A DNA stretch of 64,000 nucleotides from Candidatus Babeliales bacterium (GCA_050179755.1 JBFXEV010000001.1:143881-207880); one strand, 5' to 3'. Numbered from the stretch's first letter, positions 19,065 to 29,562 are shown. Numbers and translations are program-made. The notes: a model not told the origin generated them from the sequence alone.

Positions 19065-20099
19065 ATGGCACAAAATTCTATAAAAAATATCATTATTGGC
19101 ATAATCGCTCTCAATCTCGTTGTAATCATCCACGAATTTGGCCATTTTGCAGCATGCAAACTTTTTGGCGTAAAAGTAAACACCTTTTCTATAGGCTTTC
19201 CACCAGTTATTGCTTCCACAAAAATAGGCGACACAACATATCAACTTGGCGCATTGCCCCTAGGCGGTTTTGTATCCCCTGATCCTCAAGGTGTACAAAA
19301 ACTGCCATATATAAAGAAAATGATCATGGTACTTGCAGGTATTTTTATGAACTTTTTACTTGCATTCCTTATTTTATTTGCTCTCGCCCGCAGAACTAAT
19401 CGAAAACCAATTCCCGTCATTGACACCGTGCTTCCGGATTCACCAGCAGCTCATGCTGGCCTGCAACCTGGCGATCGCTTTATAGCGATTAATAGCATTC
19501 CCTTTGATCAAGAAAACATAACTGAGCTATTGCAAACCATCTATAATTCAGGTGGTAAGCAAGTAACTTTTATTATTGAGCGTGATGGCAGAGAACTTAC
19601 TGTTCCCGTACATATTACTAATCATAATCCATTGCTTGGTGATGGAGTTGGTACAGTTGGTGTATCGTTCCAGACTGAAAAAGTGCCTACTCCCACGCTC
19701 TGGGAATCAATCACCCATACAAGAAAAAGTTTTTCTGCCCTCTTTGCAAGCATGGGGCCTACAGTTGCAAAAATGTTGCGTTCTAAAGGGAAAAACAATG
19801 GCGGCGTTATAGGGCCAATTGGTATTATGTCGTTACTTGGCAAAAGCTTGAGTTACGGACTTGCTACCTTTTTATATTTTATGGCAATCATAAGCTTTAA
19901 TATAGGCGCTTTTAACCTGCTCCCCATCCCATTTCTTGATGGCGGAGTTGCAGCACAATATACCTTAGAAGCGCTCACCGGCACTCATCTGCCTCCAGCC
20001 ATTGTAACGATTATCTATATTATTTTTATAATGTTACTCGTTTTCATGATGATCCGTTTGACTGTCGGAGACGTGCGGCAATTACGCAGAAAAAGTTAG
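19065..20099 (+). CDS. rseP: RIP metalloprotease RseP (M50, PDZ domain)
   Basis: HEFGH, FSIGF, LPLGGFV, PDZ (SPAAHAGLQPGD), GPIGI, NLLPIPFLDGG. Confidence 0.93.
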   Translation: MAQNSIKNIIIGIIALNLVVIIHEFGHFAACKLFGVKVNTFSIGFPPVIASTKIGDTTYQLGALPLGGFVSPDPQGVQKLPYIKKMIMVLAGIFMNFLLAFLILFALARRTNRKPIPVIDTVLPDSPAAHAGLQPGDRFIAINSIPFDQENITELLQTIYNSGGKQVTFIIERDGRELTVPVHITNHNPLLGDGVGTVGVSFQTEKVPTPTLWESITHTRKSFSALFASMGPTVAKMLRSKGKNNGGVIGPIGIMSLLGKSLSYGLATFLYFMAIISFNIGAFNLLPIPFLDGGVAAQYTLEALTGTHLPPAIVTIIYIIFIMLLVFMMIRLTVGDVRQLRRKS

Positions 20100-20178
20100 C
20101 CCTGTTGCACGGGACTTAAAGCTCCACTACACTTTTAGGTAAAAGAGCTTTTTAACCTTCACCTCAGTAAAGGATTTT

Positions 20179-20673
20179 ATGAAGAAACTTGCCATTGCTC
20201 TATTATTTTGCGTATGCCCACCCCTGTATAGCGCGTCTAACATTATTCCCTTGGAAAAATTAATGTTCTATTCCATAGTTGCTGATAATGCCAAAGAAAA
20301 ACTAGCGCACGAATATCCGGAATATACTGCTTGGCTTTCTGATACTAACGCTCTTTTGCTCCTTAACTTTATTACTACAACAGATAAGCCTGTGATTATT
20401 AAATTCGGTGCTGACTGGTGCATGCCCTGCAAGAGCCTTGCACCCATTGTGCACGAAGCCGCTTTTGAATGCAGTAATGACGTCCTTATTATTGACATTA
20501 ATATTGATGATGCGCCTACGATCCGCCAAATGTTTGATATTCAAACTATCCCTACCTTAATTTATTTTAAAAATGGCAAACAAAAGGATCGCACCCACTC
20601 TGTTAGTAAAGCAACCCTACTTACTAAAATCAAACATTTAATTGACCTAAAAAGTCCTTTATTTACCCCGTAA
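20179..20673 (+). CDS. Exported thioredoxin family protein
   Basis: Signal peptide; WCMPCK, IPTL..FKNG. Confidence 0.88.
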   Translation: MKKLAIALLFCVCPPLYSASNIIPLEKLMFYSIVADNAKEKLAHEYPEYTAWLSDTNALLLLNFITTTDKPVIIKFGADWCMPCKSLAPIVHEAAFECSNDVLIIDINIDDAPTIRQMFDIQTIPTLIYFKNGKQKDRTHSVSKATLLTKIKHLIDLKSPLFTP

Positions 20674-20790
20674 AAATAGAAGACTTGTCCTGTATTAAAG
20701 CATTATTTCCGACGCAAGATTTGCCCAGATAACAATAAAAAGGTATAGTAAAAAGTAGATAGTAACGTAGTAAAAAAGTAGGAATATCTA

Positions 20791-21300
20791 ATGAATAAAA
20801 ATAGTATTTTTGCCCTTACCATGCTGGCAGCTACTTGGGGCTTAACATTAAATGTATGTGCAGGGCAAGCGGCTAACGTACAAGACATCAAACAATTAAG
20901 CGATGCTGGCATTCAGCCGCAAGACCTTAAAGTATATTTGCAAAAAAATGCACCCGATTTAGTAAAATTTGTGGGCACAACGCCTAGTAAGCTTGAAGTA
21001 CAATTATTTACCACTATTGCGCAATCAAAAAAGCCTGTAGTAGTTAAATTCTATATAAATGGATGTGGCCCCTGCAAGCAAATGGGTAGAATAGTGGAAC
21101 AAGTTGCAAAAGAACTTGGTGAAAGCATATTGGTAATTAATATAGAATCAACCGAAGCTACCCGCAATCTTATGCGCGTTTTGAATGCAAATGGAGTTCC
21201 TACGCTTGTTTTCTTTAAAGATGGCAAAAAAGTAGATCAATTTACCGGCACGCTCAGCGCACAAGAATTAACAGGTAAGCTTAAAAAGTTAGTGAACTAA
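20791..21300 (+). CDS. Exported thioredoxin family protein
   Basis: Signal peptide; GCGPCK, VPTLVFFKDG. Confidence 0.88.
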   Translation: MNKNSIFALTMLAATWGLTLNVCAGQAANVQDIKQLSDAGIQPQDLKVYLQKNAPDLVKFVGTTPSKLEVQLFTTIAQSKKPVVVKFYINGCGPCKQMGRIVEQVAKELGESILVINIESTEATRNLMRVLNANGVPTLVFFKDGKKVDQFTGTLSAQELTGKLKKLVN

Positions 21301-21306
21301 ACTTTT

Positions 21307-21846
21307 ATGATACATCCCTGGCATACGCTCTCTCACGGCAAAGATGCACCTAAAATAGTTAATAGCATTATAGAAATTGCGCGTGAATCAAAAGCAAAAT
21401 ATGAACTAGATAAAGAAACGGGTTTCTTGCGCCTTGACCGTGTATTGCACACAGACTTGCGCTACCCGTTTCATTACGGTTTTATTCCTCAAACATATTG
21501 TGAAGATAAAGACCCTCTTGATGTCATTGTGTTATGCTCTGAACCATTACTGCCTTTAAGCATAGTAGAAACCACGGTAGTAGGCGCTATTCACATGATA
21601 GATGGTGGTGAACTAGATTATAAAATCATTGGCATTGCAACGCATGACCCATATGTGCAACGCATAAAGGATTTAAGCGATATTAACGCTGAACGCCTTG
21701 CCACCTTTAAATTCTTTTTTGAGCATTACAAGCAACAAGAAGCCAAAGAAGTTGTTATCAAAGGTTTTTTTAATAAAGAAGAAGCGCAACAGTTAGTACT
21801 TGATAGCATTCAAATGTATAAAGATAAATTTCCCGCGCAACATTAA
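21307..21846 (+). CDS. ppa: Soluble inorganic pyrophosphatase, family I
   Basis: KYELDK, LDRVL, YGFIPQT, DKDPLD, MIDGGELDYK. Confidence 0.95.
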   Translation: MIHPWHTLSHGKDAPKIVNSIIEIARESKAKYELDKETGFLRLDRVLHTDLRYPFHYGFIPQTYCEDKDPLDVIVLCSEPLLPLSIVETTVVGAIHMIDGGELDYKIIGIATHDPYVQRIKDLSDINAERLATFKFFFEHYKQQEAKEVVIKGFFNKEEAQQLVLDSIQMYKDKFPAQH

Positions 21847-21866
21847 TTCAACACCTAGGAATATAC

Positions 21867-22391
21867 ATGAAGAAAATACTAACCTGTCTTGCCCTTATTG
21901 CAACGCTTAACGTACACAATGTATACAGCATGCAGGAAGAAGTTTCTGAATCTACTTTAGCTTTAGCCCAGGCACTCTATACAAAACCATCTGAATCATT
22001 CGAACTTATCCACGCATTTGTTGCAGCGCGTAGAAGCAATATAGATCACGCAGATGCTTCTACCGGCAATACGTGGTTACATGTAGAAATTATAAATCTT
22101 TGTTGGGGGCAGGCACCCGCTCGTCTTATTACTATCGCAGCACTTCTTGCACATGGTGCTGATCGCACGAGGCAAAACAGCGAAGAATTAACGCCAGCAG
22201 CATGTGCCAACGATGCACTTTATGAAAGTACATTAGGTACAAGTTCTGTGTTTACCGCTCACGCGCAGGCTGCACTTGATTTACTGCAAGAAGAAAAACC
22301 CACTAAGCAAACACTCATTAATTTAGCCAAAAAGCACAAACTTACCACATTAATGCCATTGTTAACAGGTCAACATTCTAACTTTGTATAG
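21867..22391 (+). CDS. Secreted protein with degenerate ankyrin repeats
   Basis: Signal peptide VYS-MQE; TGNTWLH, LLAHGAD..NSEELTP. Confidence 0.7.
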   Translation: MKKILTCLALIATLNVHNVYSMQEEVSESTLALAQALYTKPSESFELIHAFVAARRSNIDHADASTGNTWLHVEIINLCWGQAPARLITIAALLAHGADRTRQNSEELTPAACANDALYESTLGTSSVFTAHAQAALDLLQEEKPTKQTLINLAKKHKLTTLMPLLTGQHSNFV

Positions 22392-22396
22392 TGACT

Positions 22397-22537
22397 ATGC
22401 AATATCTTAATACTATTTTACTCTCTGTTATTGCTAGTACCTTTAATTGCAGAGCAATGGATAATGATAATAATAATATTCTCCGCTCTCACCCAAATCT
22501 ACGCATGCTGCTGAACGCTGATTATCAAACGACTTGA
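22397..22537 (+). pseudogene. Short leader-bearing ORF, probably a truncated secreted protein
   Basis: MQYLNTILLSVIASTFNCRA-MDNDNN..(46 aa); a shifted frame downstream reads LLDALGRTP. Confidence 0.4.
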
Positions 22538-22654
22538 GAGAATCTCGAGCATTGTTAGATGGCATAGAGAGAGAACGCTTATTAGATGCATTAGGAAGAA
22601 CTCCACATTCGCCACGCGAATCTTATGCAGCTATTGCCATATTTAATACAATAG

Positions 22655-24007
22655 TTACGCTTTACCTTCCAAATGTTTAATAAGGGTCGCAATTATTGGA
22701 TTATTCAAACGATCAGCATTGCCTCCAGAATCAGTAATAATATATTGGGTTTTGCCTTGTTGCTTATTAAGCACGAGCGAAATCCAATGTTCCTCACCCT
22801 GAGGGTAGCCGGGAATTCCTGCCATAAGGCCGACCACAAAACCATGCACAAATGTATCAGCGCGTGCGTACCGATCAGCAATTTCACGAATTTTTTCATT
22901 TTCTCCAAATCCGCGAGGATCATCGAGCAATGGCACATTCTCAATAATGGTAATTCCATCAAAAGTTACTGGCATTGCATAAAGTAACCCGCCCGCCTTT
23001 TGCTCAACGTCTATTATTTGCTGTATTTGGTTTTCTTTAATCCAATCACCGTAATAATCTACTTGATTCATTACATTACTTATATTATACGATAATGCTG
23101 CACTAATCTGGGCAATGCCCTTATACTTTACCGGCTTGTTATCTACCGGAACATGCGTACCAAATTCTATTGTATCTTTCAACCGAGGCAAATACTGCGC
23201 AATAGCTTCATCTGATCTTACATATTCATTAAAATTAAAGTGTTCAAGACCCTCAATATCCCCGGAAATAGTCTGTTTGGAATTCTTAATAGCATCTATA
23301 AGTTCCCTTTTTGTGACAGGCTTTTTATAAAATCTATCATGTTCGGGAAAATCTGATGGCGCTTGCATGGTATTTGCCTGTATCTCAGTCATAATCTTTT
23401 GCATTAAATCTGGGCTAAATTTGTTTGTGAGAACACTTTGATAAAAACCTCGCATTTTTTCGCGAAACCTATCTTGCAACCCTTGATTTAATTGTTGTGC
23501 TGCCCGCGGCAAAGATGGCAGGTTTTCTTTATCTCTTGGATCATACAATAATTGCAATAACCTTTCATCGACTACCCATTTAATGACTCGTCGATACATA
23601 CTTTGCAAAACTAGAACCCGCCAACGCCCCAACGGATTTTGTTTACTAAATAATTCTTGCGCAAGAGAAAGGCTCGTCAAATCGGCTAACGCTGCTTTGC
23701 CAAATATAATTCGAGGAATAAAAATTGCATTTTTGAGAGCCTGATAACCGCAACTTGCTCCACCACCATATTCTGGCCCTGCAAACTGATTAAGAACTGG
23801 CAATTGAACAATTTCTTGACCCCATACAATACTTTTTTGAGGACTATCAAAAAAATGCTGTGCTCGCGCTTGTCCACTAGTTTTTAAGTGTTGCTCAAGG
23901 CTATAAAGTGAGCGTGATAAATTTTGTAATTGTTCAGAAATTTGCGCACAAACGGTGTAAGGCACTATTAAGAATAAACTCAATGTGCTGATAAAAATTA
24001 CTTGCAT
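22655..24007 (-). CDS. Secreted papain-fold (Josephin-like) cysteine protease candidate
   Basis: LNQ..GASCGYQALKN, GDW, HWISLV..YIITDS; paralog of 54905..56230. Confidence 0.65.
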   Translation of the reverse strand: MQVIFISTLSLFLIVPYTVCAQISEQLQNLSRSLYSLEQHLKTSGQARAQHFFDSPQKSIVWGQEIVQLPVLNQFAGPEYGGGASCGYQALKNAIFIPRIIFGKAALADLTSLSLAQELFSKQNPLGRWRVLVLQSMYRRVIKWVVDERLLQLLYDPRDKENLPSLPRAAQQLNQGLQDRFREKMRGFYQSVLTNKFSPDLMQKIMTEIQANTMQAPSDFPEHDRFYKKPVTKRELIDAIKNSKQTISGDIEGLEHFNFNEYVRSDEAIAQYLPRLKDTIEFGTHVPVDNKPVKYKGIAQISAALSYNISNVMNQVDYYGDWIKENQIQQIIDVEQKAGGLLYAMPVTFDGITIIENVPLLDDPRGFGENEKIREIADRYARADTFVHGFVVGLMAGIPGYPQGEEHWISLVLNKQQGKTQYIITDSGGNADRLNNPIIATLIKHLEGKA

Positions 24008-24122
24008 ACACTTCCTTAAAAATATTAAGTTACCATTAACTTTAACATTATAACAAATAGTATCAACGAATAACTATTTCTTTTCCGCAACAGATATTTT
24101 TTCACTAGTATATTCCTAACAA

Positions 24123-24151
24123 CAAAAGGGGCGCTTTGTGCGCCCCTTTTG
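24123..24151 (-). terminator. Intrinsic terminator downstream of nrdAB
   Basis: CAAAAGGGGCGC-tttgt-GCGCCCCTTTTG. Confidence 0.85.
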
Positions 24152-24177
24152 CTTTTTAATCGCAGTCCAGTGAACCC

Positions 24178-24204
24178 GCCCTCTACGCCAAGGCTACGCC
24201 GGGC
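24178..24204. repeat. REP-like palindrome, family 2
   Basis: GCCC-TCTACGCCAAGGCTACGCC-GGGC. Confidence 0.55.
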
Positions 24205-24240
24205 TTGAATTGATAAACACTGAGGGCGCTATCTTTTCTA

Positions 24241-25248
24241 TCAATCCCAATCTAATGAGCCAGCAGTTTGATACTCAGTCACCCGAGTTTCAAAGAAATT
24301 CTTTTCTTTATTCAAATCAGTTGATTGAGACATCCAAGGAAATGGATTTTCTTTAAAATACAATTTAGGTAATCCAATGCGTTCTAATCTACGATCAGTC
24401 ACATGTTCTACATAATCACAAAATTGATCTGCATTAATACCCAAAAGACCTTCTGGGCACGCGTCATGTGCATATCGAGATTCAAGTATTACTGCTTTTT
24501 TAATAAGCTCTACTACTTCCTCCTGAAATTGCTCAGTCCACACTTCTGGATTTTCAGCTTTAATCGCATTGATTAAATCGCAACCAAATGCCAAATGAAT
24601 ACTTTCATCGCGCATGATATATTCAAATTGCTCACCAGTACCCACCATTTTACCTTGGCGCTTTAATGCAAGCATCATGGCAAAACCTGCATAAAAGAAA
24701 ATACCTTCCATAATTACATAAAACCCAATAAGGTCATGCAAAAATTTCTGCGTGTTTTCAACACCTTGCGTGGTAAATCCAGGCTCAAAAATAGATTTGG
24801 TTAATTCAATAACAAATGAATCCTTTTGTGCAATAGAAGGAATCGTATTATACATATTATAAATTTCATCTGGATCAAGACCCAAACTATCGCAACAATA
24901 AATAAACGTATCAGTGTGCACAGCTTCTTCAAATGCCTGCCGCAATAAGTATTGGCGGCATTCTGGGTTGGTTACATGCTGATAGACTGCAAGCACTAGG
25001 TTATTTGCAGTCAGAGATTCTGCGGTTGCAAAGAAGCCCAAATTCCACAAAATAAGTCTACGTTCTTTATCACTGAGCGCATCTTTTGAACGCCATTGCT
25101 CAATGTCCATTTGCATAGATACTTCTTCGGGCGTCCAGTTGTTTGCAATGCCATTTTTATAATGTTCACGCGCCCATAAATAGGTCATAGGCAATATTTT
25201 ATTGGGATCAACTTGAGAATTGTTTATAATGCTTTTTCGTTTTTGCAT
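24241..25248 (-). CDS. nrdB: Ribonucleotide reductase beta subunit, class Ic (R2c)-type
   Basis: FFATAESL, EEAVHTDTF, EGIFFY, DESIH, NFFETRVTEYQ. Confidence 0.93.
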   Translation of the reverse strand: MQKRKSIINNSQVDPNKILPMTYLWAREHYKNGIANNWTPEEVSMQMDIEQWRSKDALSDKERRLILWNLGFFATAESLTANNLVLAVYQHVTNPECRQYLLRQAFEEAVHTDTFIYCCDSLGLDPDEIYNMYNTIPSIAQKDSFVIELTKSIFEPGFTTQGVENTQKFLHDLIGFYVIMEGIFFYAGFAMMLALKRQGKMVGTGEQFEYIMRDESIHLAFGCDLINAIKAENPEVWTEQFQEEVVELIKKAVILESRYAHDACPEGLLGINADQFCDYVEHVTDRRLERIGLPKLYFKENPFPWMSQSTDLNKEKNFFETRVTEYQTAGSLDWD

Positions 25249-25278
25249 TGTCTTTCCTTATCGGAATTTTCACCTTCC

Positions 25279-25384
25279 CTTCGATACAATTCGCTTCGCG
25301 AACACTCAGGGCGAGCGGTGAAAAAATAATTTATTTTAAACCGCTCATACTGAGTGTTTTTTCGACAGAAAAAATGTATCGAAG
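25279..25384. repeat. REP-like inverted doublet, family 3, between nrdA and nrdB
   Basis: CTTCGATACA..CACTCAGGGCGAGCGGT / ACCGCTCATACTGAGTG..TGTATCGAAG; related copy at 42114-42205. Confidence 0.65.
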
Positions 25385-25402
25385 TATAAAGCGTATTTTG
25401 CG

Positions 25403-27898
25403 CTATTGGCAACTTTCACAGCTTAAATCATCAGGATTACATGCAGCACCTTTTTGCATAGCTACTGGTGCTACAACTTCATCTTTCTCTACCGTACCAA
25501 AATCACGTTTTTGCGTAAAGCCATATTTACTTGCATCCAGCGTAGATTTCTCAATTTGGGATGCACCAAGTGTACGTAGATAATACGTGGTTTTTAAGCC
25601 GCATTTCCATGCTGTTGTATAAATCTCATCAAGCTTTTTGCCAGAAACACCTTTCATAAACACGTTATGTGATTGACTTTGGTCTATCCATTTACCACGC
25701 GCTGCAGTGATTTTAATCAAATGTACTGGGTCAAGTTCAAATGATCCTTTGTAAAGATCTTTAATATGCTGCGGAATACGTGCAATGTTTTGCAATTCAC
25801 CATCATGGAATTTAATATCCTCAAGCATATGTTGATCCCAAAGCCCAAGCTTTTTCAAATCGCGAAGTAAGAATCTATTAATAATCGTAAATTCACCGGC
25901 AATATTTGATTTTACATACAAGTTTCGGTACGCAGGTTCAATACACGGGTATGATCCTGCAATATTAGAAATGGTTGCGGTTGGTGCAATAGAAAGAACA
26001 TTTGAATTGCGCATACCATGTTGTTTTACAAATGCACGCACTGGTGCCCAATCTAACCTGCTTGTACGAGAAACATCAATCTTCATACCACGTTCTTGCT
26101 CAAGAAGTGCAATAGTATCAAGAGGGAACAAATTGCGATCCCATTTTGATCCTTTGTACGATGAATAGGTGCCACGCTCACGAGCAAGATCAGCTGATGC
26201 CATAATTGCATGATACAATATCATTTCACCAATTTGATCTGCCATTTCAATTGCTGCATCAGAATCAAATGGTATTCCCATTTCAAACAATACGTCTTGG
26301 AATCCCATCTGCCCTAAACCAATAGGTCTGTGCCGTTCGTTTGACGTTTTAGCTTCTACTGTTGGATAAAAGTTTAAATCAATCACATTATCAAGCATGC
26401 GCACTGCAGTTTTTAGCGTTTTTGCCATGAGTTGCTGATCAATTTGGCCCTGTGCGGTCATATGGCGCGCTAAATTAATAGAACCTAGGTTACATACTGC
26501 CGTTTCATCAGCTGACGTATTAAGCGTAATTTCAGTACATAAATTAGAACAATGTACCACGCCAGCATGATCTTGCGGCGATCTAACATTGCACGGATCT
26601 TTAAAAGTTATCCAGGGATGCCCCGTTTCAAACAATCGAGAAAGCATTTTACGCCAAAGTGCGCGTGCAGAGGTTGTGCGAAATAGCTTAATTTTGCCTT
26701 CTTGCGCTTTTTGTTCAAAAGCCACATATTTCTCTTCAAATGCACGGCCATAAACATCATGCAAACCTGGCACTTCATCCGGAGAAAAAAGCGTCCATTC
26801 TTTATCTTCTTGTACCCGCTTCATAAACAAATCAGGGATCCAATTTGCAGTATTCATGTCGTGCGTGCGGCGGCGTTCATCGCCGGTATTTTTACGTAAA
26901 TCCAAAAAGTCTTCAATGTCATAGTGCCATGTTTCTAAATATGCACACGTACCACCACGCCTGATTGCACTTTTAGTAATACCAGAAACAACATCATTTG
27001 CTATTTTAAGAAACGGGATAACTCCTTGGCTGCTTGCATGAATACTTTTAATCCAGGATCCTGTGCCACGAATATTAGTCCAGTCGTTACCAATGCCGCC
27101 TGCCCATTTTGATAATTGAGCATTATCACCCACTACTTTAAAAATATGATGCAAATCATCATGCACCGTGCTTAAATAGCAAGAACTTAATTGGGGAATT
27201 AAATACCCTGAATGAAACAAGGTAGGCGTAGAAGAAACATAGCGTAAATTTGAAAAAAGCTCATAAAATTCTAAAGCTCGTTTTTCTTTTTCTTGCTCAT
27301 TTAAAGCAAGCCCCATTGCAACACGCATCCAAAATGTTTGTGGCAATTCCACACGTTCGCCGCTTATTTTCATAAAATAACGATCATAAAGCGTATGAAG
27401 GCCTAAATAGCAAAAAAGTCTATCATTTTCAAGACGCAATGCCTGTGCAAGTACATTAAGATCAAACTCAAGCATACGTGCATCAAGCACCTTTTCTTGC
27501 ACGCCACGTTCAATACTGGTTATAAACGTTGCTTGATATAAATGAGGCACATTTGCTGCAGTGCATGAAATACCAAATACTTCTTTATAGAGTTTTTTAA
27601 GCAAAAGCTGCGCTGCAACTTCATCATACGCGGTATCGCGCTCAATAAATGAAACTGCCGCCAATACTAACGCTTTTTCTACATCAGATGTTGGCACTTG
27701 ATCATAAATGTTTTTTAATACTTCTGAAACAAGTAAATCAATGTCAATAGAAACATTACGCTCGCGAGCAGCCCGTTCAAGTGAAGTTCTAATTTTCTCT
27801 TCTTCAAGTGATGTTATCTGCAAATTTCGCTTTATCACTCGAACATGCGAAAGTGACATAGTTGCGTGATTGCCTTGTTCATTATGTTGTATAATCAT
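25403..27898 (-). CDS. nrdA: Ribonucleoside-diphosphate reductase alpha subunit with N-terminal ATP-cone-like region
   Basis: STPTLF, LSSCY, CSNLCTEI, VCNLGS, APTATIS, KTTYYLR, C-terminal CESCQ. Confidence 0.96.
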   Translation of the reverse strand: MIIQHNEQGNHATMSLSHVRVIKRNLQITSLEEEKIRTSLERAARERNVSIDIDLLVSEVLKNIYDQVPTSDVEKALVLAAVSFIERDTAYDEVAAQLLLKKLYKEVFGISCTAANVPHLYQATFITSIERGVQEKVLDARMLEFDLNVLAQALRLENDRLFCYLGLHTLYDRYFMKISGERVELPQTFWMRVAMGLALNEQEKEKRALEFYELFSNLRYVSSTPTLFHSGYLIPQLSSCYLSTVHDDLHHIFKVVGDNAQLSKWAGGIGNDWTNIRGTGSWIKSIHASSQGVIPFLKIANDVVSGITKSAIRRGGTCAYLETWHYDIEDFLDLRKNTGDERRRTHDMNTANWIPDLFMKRVQEDKEWTLFSPDEVPGLHDVYGRAFEEKYVAFEQKAQEGKIKLFRTTSARALWRKMLSRLFETGHPWITFKDPCNVRSPQDHAGVVHCSNLCTEITLNTSADETAVCNLGSINLARHMTAQGQIDQQLMAKTLKTAVRMLDNVIDLNFYPTVEAKTSNERHRPIGLGQMGFQDVLFEMGIPFDSDAAIEMADQIGEMILYHAIMASADLARERGTYSSYKGSKWDRNLFPLDTIALLEQERGMKIDVSRTSRLDWAPVRAFVKQHGMRNSNVLSIAPTATISNIAGSYPCIEPAYRNLYVKSNIAGEFTIINRFLLRDLKKLGLWDQHMLEDIKFHDGELQNIARIPQHIKDLYKGSFELDPVHLIKITAARGKWIDQSQSHNVFMKGVSGKKLDEIYTTAWKCGLKTTYYLRTLGASQIEKSTLDASKYGFTQKRDFGTVEKDEVVAPVAMQKGAACNPDDLSCESCQ

Positions 27899-28437
27899 TA
27901 ACTATCCTTTTTGTTTAAACACCTTTAACGGTTTTCCCTCTACTTCATCTACAACCTTAGTGCAACAAATTCTTTTTGTACTAATAAAACTTTCCCACAC
28001 CATGTTATAAACATAGAGTTAGACGATTTCAGTTAGTCTCTCCATTTTTAAATAACAGGCCCATGCAATTCTTGGGCATGTTTTGCTATGCAACAGAGCT
28101 TCTATATGAGTTTTTTGAGTAATGCACTGCTTCCTCAATCTCCATTAGACAACCCAACCACAATTTTTAAAAAAACTTTTTTTCTTTCTATAAGAAATAC
28201 ACATCTCCTTTCTTATACATCTACCTTATCACCACCGAACGCCTTAAGCAAATAGTTTTTTATAATTTTTTTTGTAAAACACATTCTTCAATTTTTTGCA
28301 AATTCAATACTTCTCACATTTTCTAATTGTATCACTTTTTGCCTCGTCCAAAAAATAAACTCTTGACGTATACCCACTTTTTTTGATTTGCTAAGGGTAG
28401 CGAAATTAATAGTAACCTCAACCATAAGGAGACGTTT

Positions 28438-29562
28438 ATGAAACGTTCTTATCACTTACTTGTTACGTTGGTAACACTTAGTTATTCATTATCAGCAGTT
28501 GCTGGTTGCCCGTGCGCGCGTGAAAAACGTGCAATGCGCGCAAAACGAACTGCTGTTCAGCCAATGGCACCAGTAACTTCTGTTTCTCAATCAGTTGGCA
28601 ATATAGTTTCTGATCTTACACAGGGCAATGTAGTTGGAGCAACCGGTCAAGCAATTAGAACAGCACCTGATGCTACAGCATCTGTAGTACAACCCAGTAT
28701 GCCAAAAACAGAAAAAAGGCTAATGGAAGTTGAAGCGGCGCCTATGCCTAAGAAAATGAAAACTGAAGCTCCAGCACCAGCACCACAAGTCATGGAAAAT
28801 AATAGAATTGATCTCTCGAAACAGTCTGATTTTGATGCACTTATAACCAAACATCCACACGTTATCGCAGTGTTTACTACAACTTGGTGCGGCCCCTGCA
28901 AAAATTTAAAACCAGTTCTTGATGAAATACGTACAAGTAACAAAGATGTAATGTTTGTGTATGTTGATGGTGATGAGTATCCAGGGCTTGTTAGCAAATA
29001 TGCAAGCGTGGGATTCCCTACGCTCAAATTGTTTAAAAATGGCAAAGAAGTTGCTCAAGCAATTGGTGGACAATCAAAAGATGAAATACAAAGCTTAATC
29101 AATCAACATTTTAAAGGTGGCGTGCCAACATTTGTAATGGGTGATGCTACTGAATCAATAGAACAAGTGGCAGCTCCCGCACCACAACCTATTAAAATGC
29201 CTGCACCTGCTCCAGCACCAATGCAAGAATCCATGACAGCAAACAAAATAGTCCTTGTAAAAGACTCAGATTTTGATGGTCATTTAAGAAAAAACAAAAA
29301 CGTTATTGGCATCTTTACTACCACATGGTGCGGGCCATGTAAAACGCTTAAACCAGTACTTGAAGAACTTGTAGGATCAAATGCAAACGTAACGTTTGTC
29401 TACGTTGATGGTGATAGATTCCCAAGTCTTGTAAAAAAATATGCAAGCATTGGATTCCCAACACTTAAATTCTTTAAGAATGGTAAAGAAGTTGCACAGA
29501 CTGTTGGTGGCAGATCACGCGATGAATTGCAAAGCATGATTAACCAACATTATAGAGGATAA
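28438..29562 (+). CDS. Exported tandem two-domain thioredoxin with Pro/Ala/Met-rich linkers
   Basis: Signal peptide, two near-duplicated WCGPCK..GFPTLK.FKNGKEVAQ domains; AAGGAG SD. Confidence 0.9.
   Translation: MKRSYHLLVTLVTLSYSLSAVAGCPCAREKRAMRAKRTAVQPMAPVTSVSQSVGNIVSDLTQGNVVGATGQAIRTAPDATASVVQPSMPKTEKRLMEVEAAPMPKKMKTEAPAPAPQVMENNRIDLSKQSDFDALITKHPHVIAVFTTTWCGPCKNLKPVLDEIRTSNKDVMFVYVDGDEYPGLVSKYASVGFPTLKLFKNGKEVAQAIGGQSKDEIQSLINQHFKGGVPTFVMGDATESIEQVAAPAPQPIKMPAPAPAPMQESMTANKIVLVKDSDFDGHLRKNKNVIGIFTTTWCGPCKTLKPVLEELVGSNANVTFVYVDGDRFPSLVKKYASIGFPTLKFFKNGKEVAQTVGGRSRDELQSMINQHYRG

Noticed and set aside
25224..25412. 62-aa ORF or possible intron/homing element between nrdA and nrdB
   Set aside because: It crosses a REP-like doublet; both nrd genes are uninterrupted and show no intein motifs
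27899..28437. Long nrdA upstream region as a possible riboswitch or NrdR site
   Set aside because: No recognisable cobalamin riboswitch core or convincing NrdR box by eye
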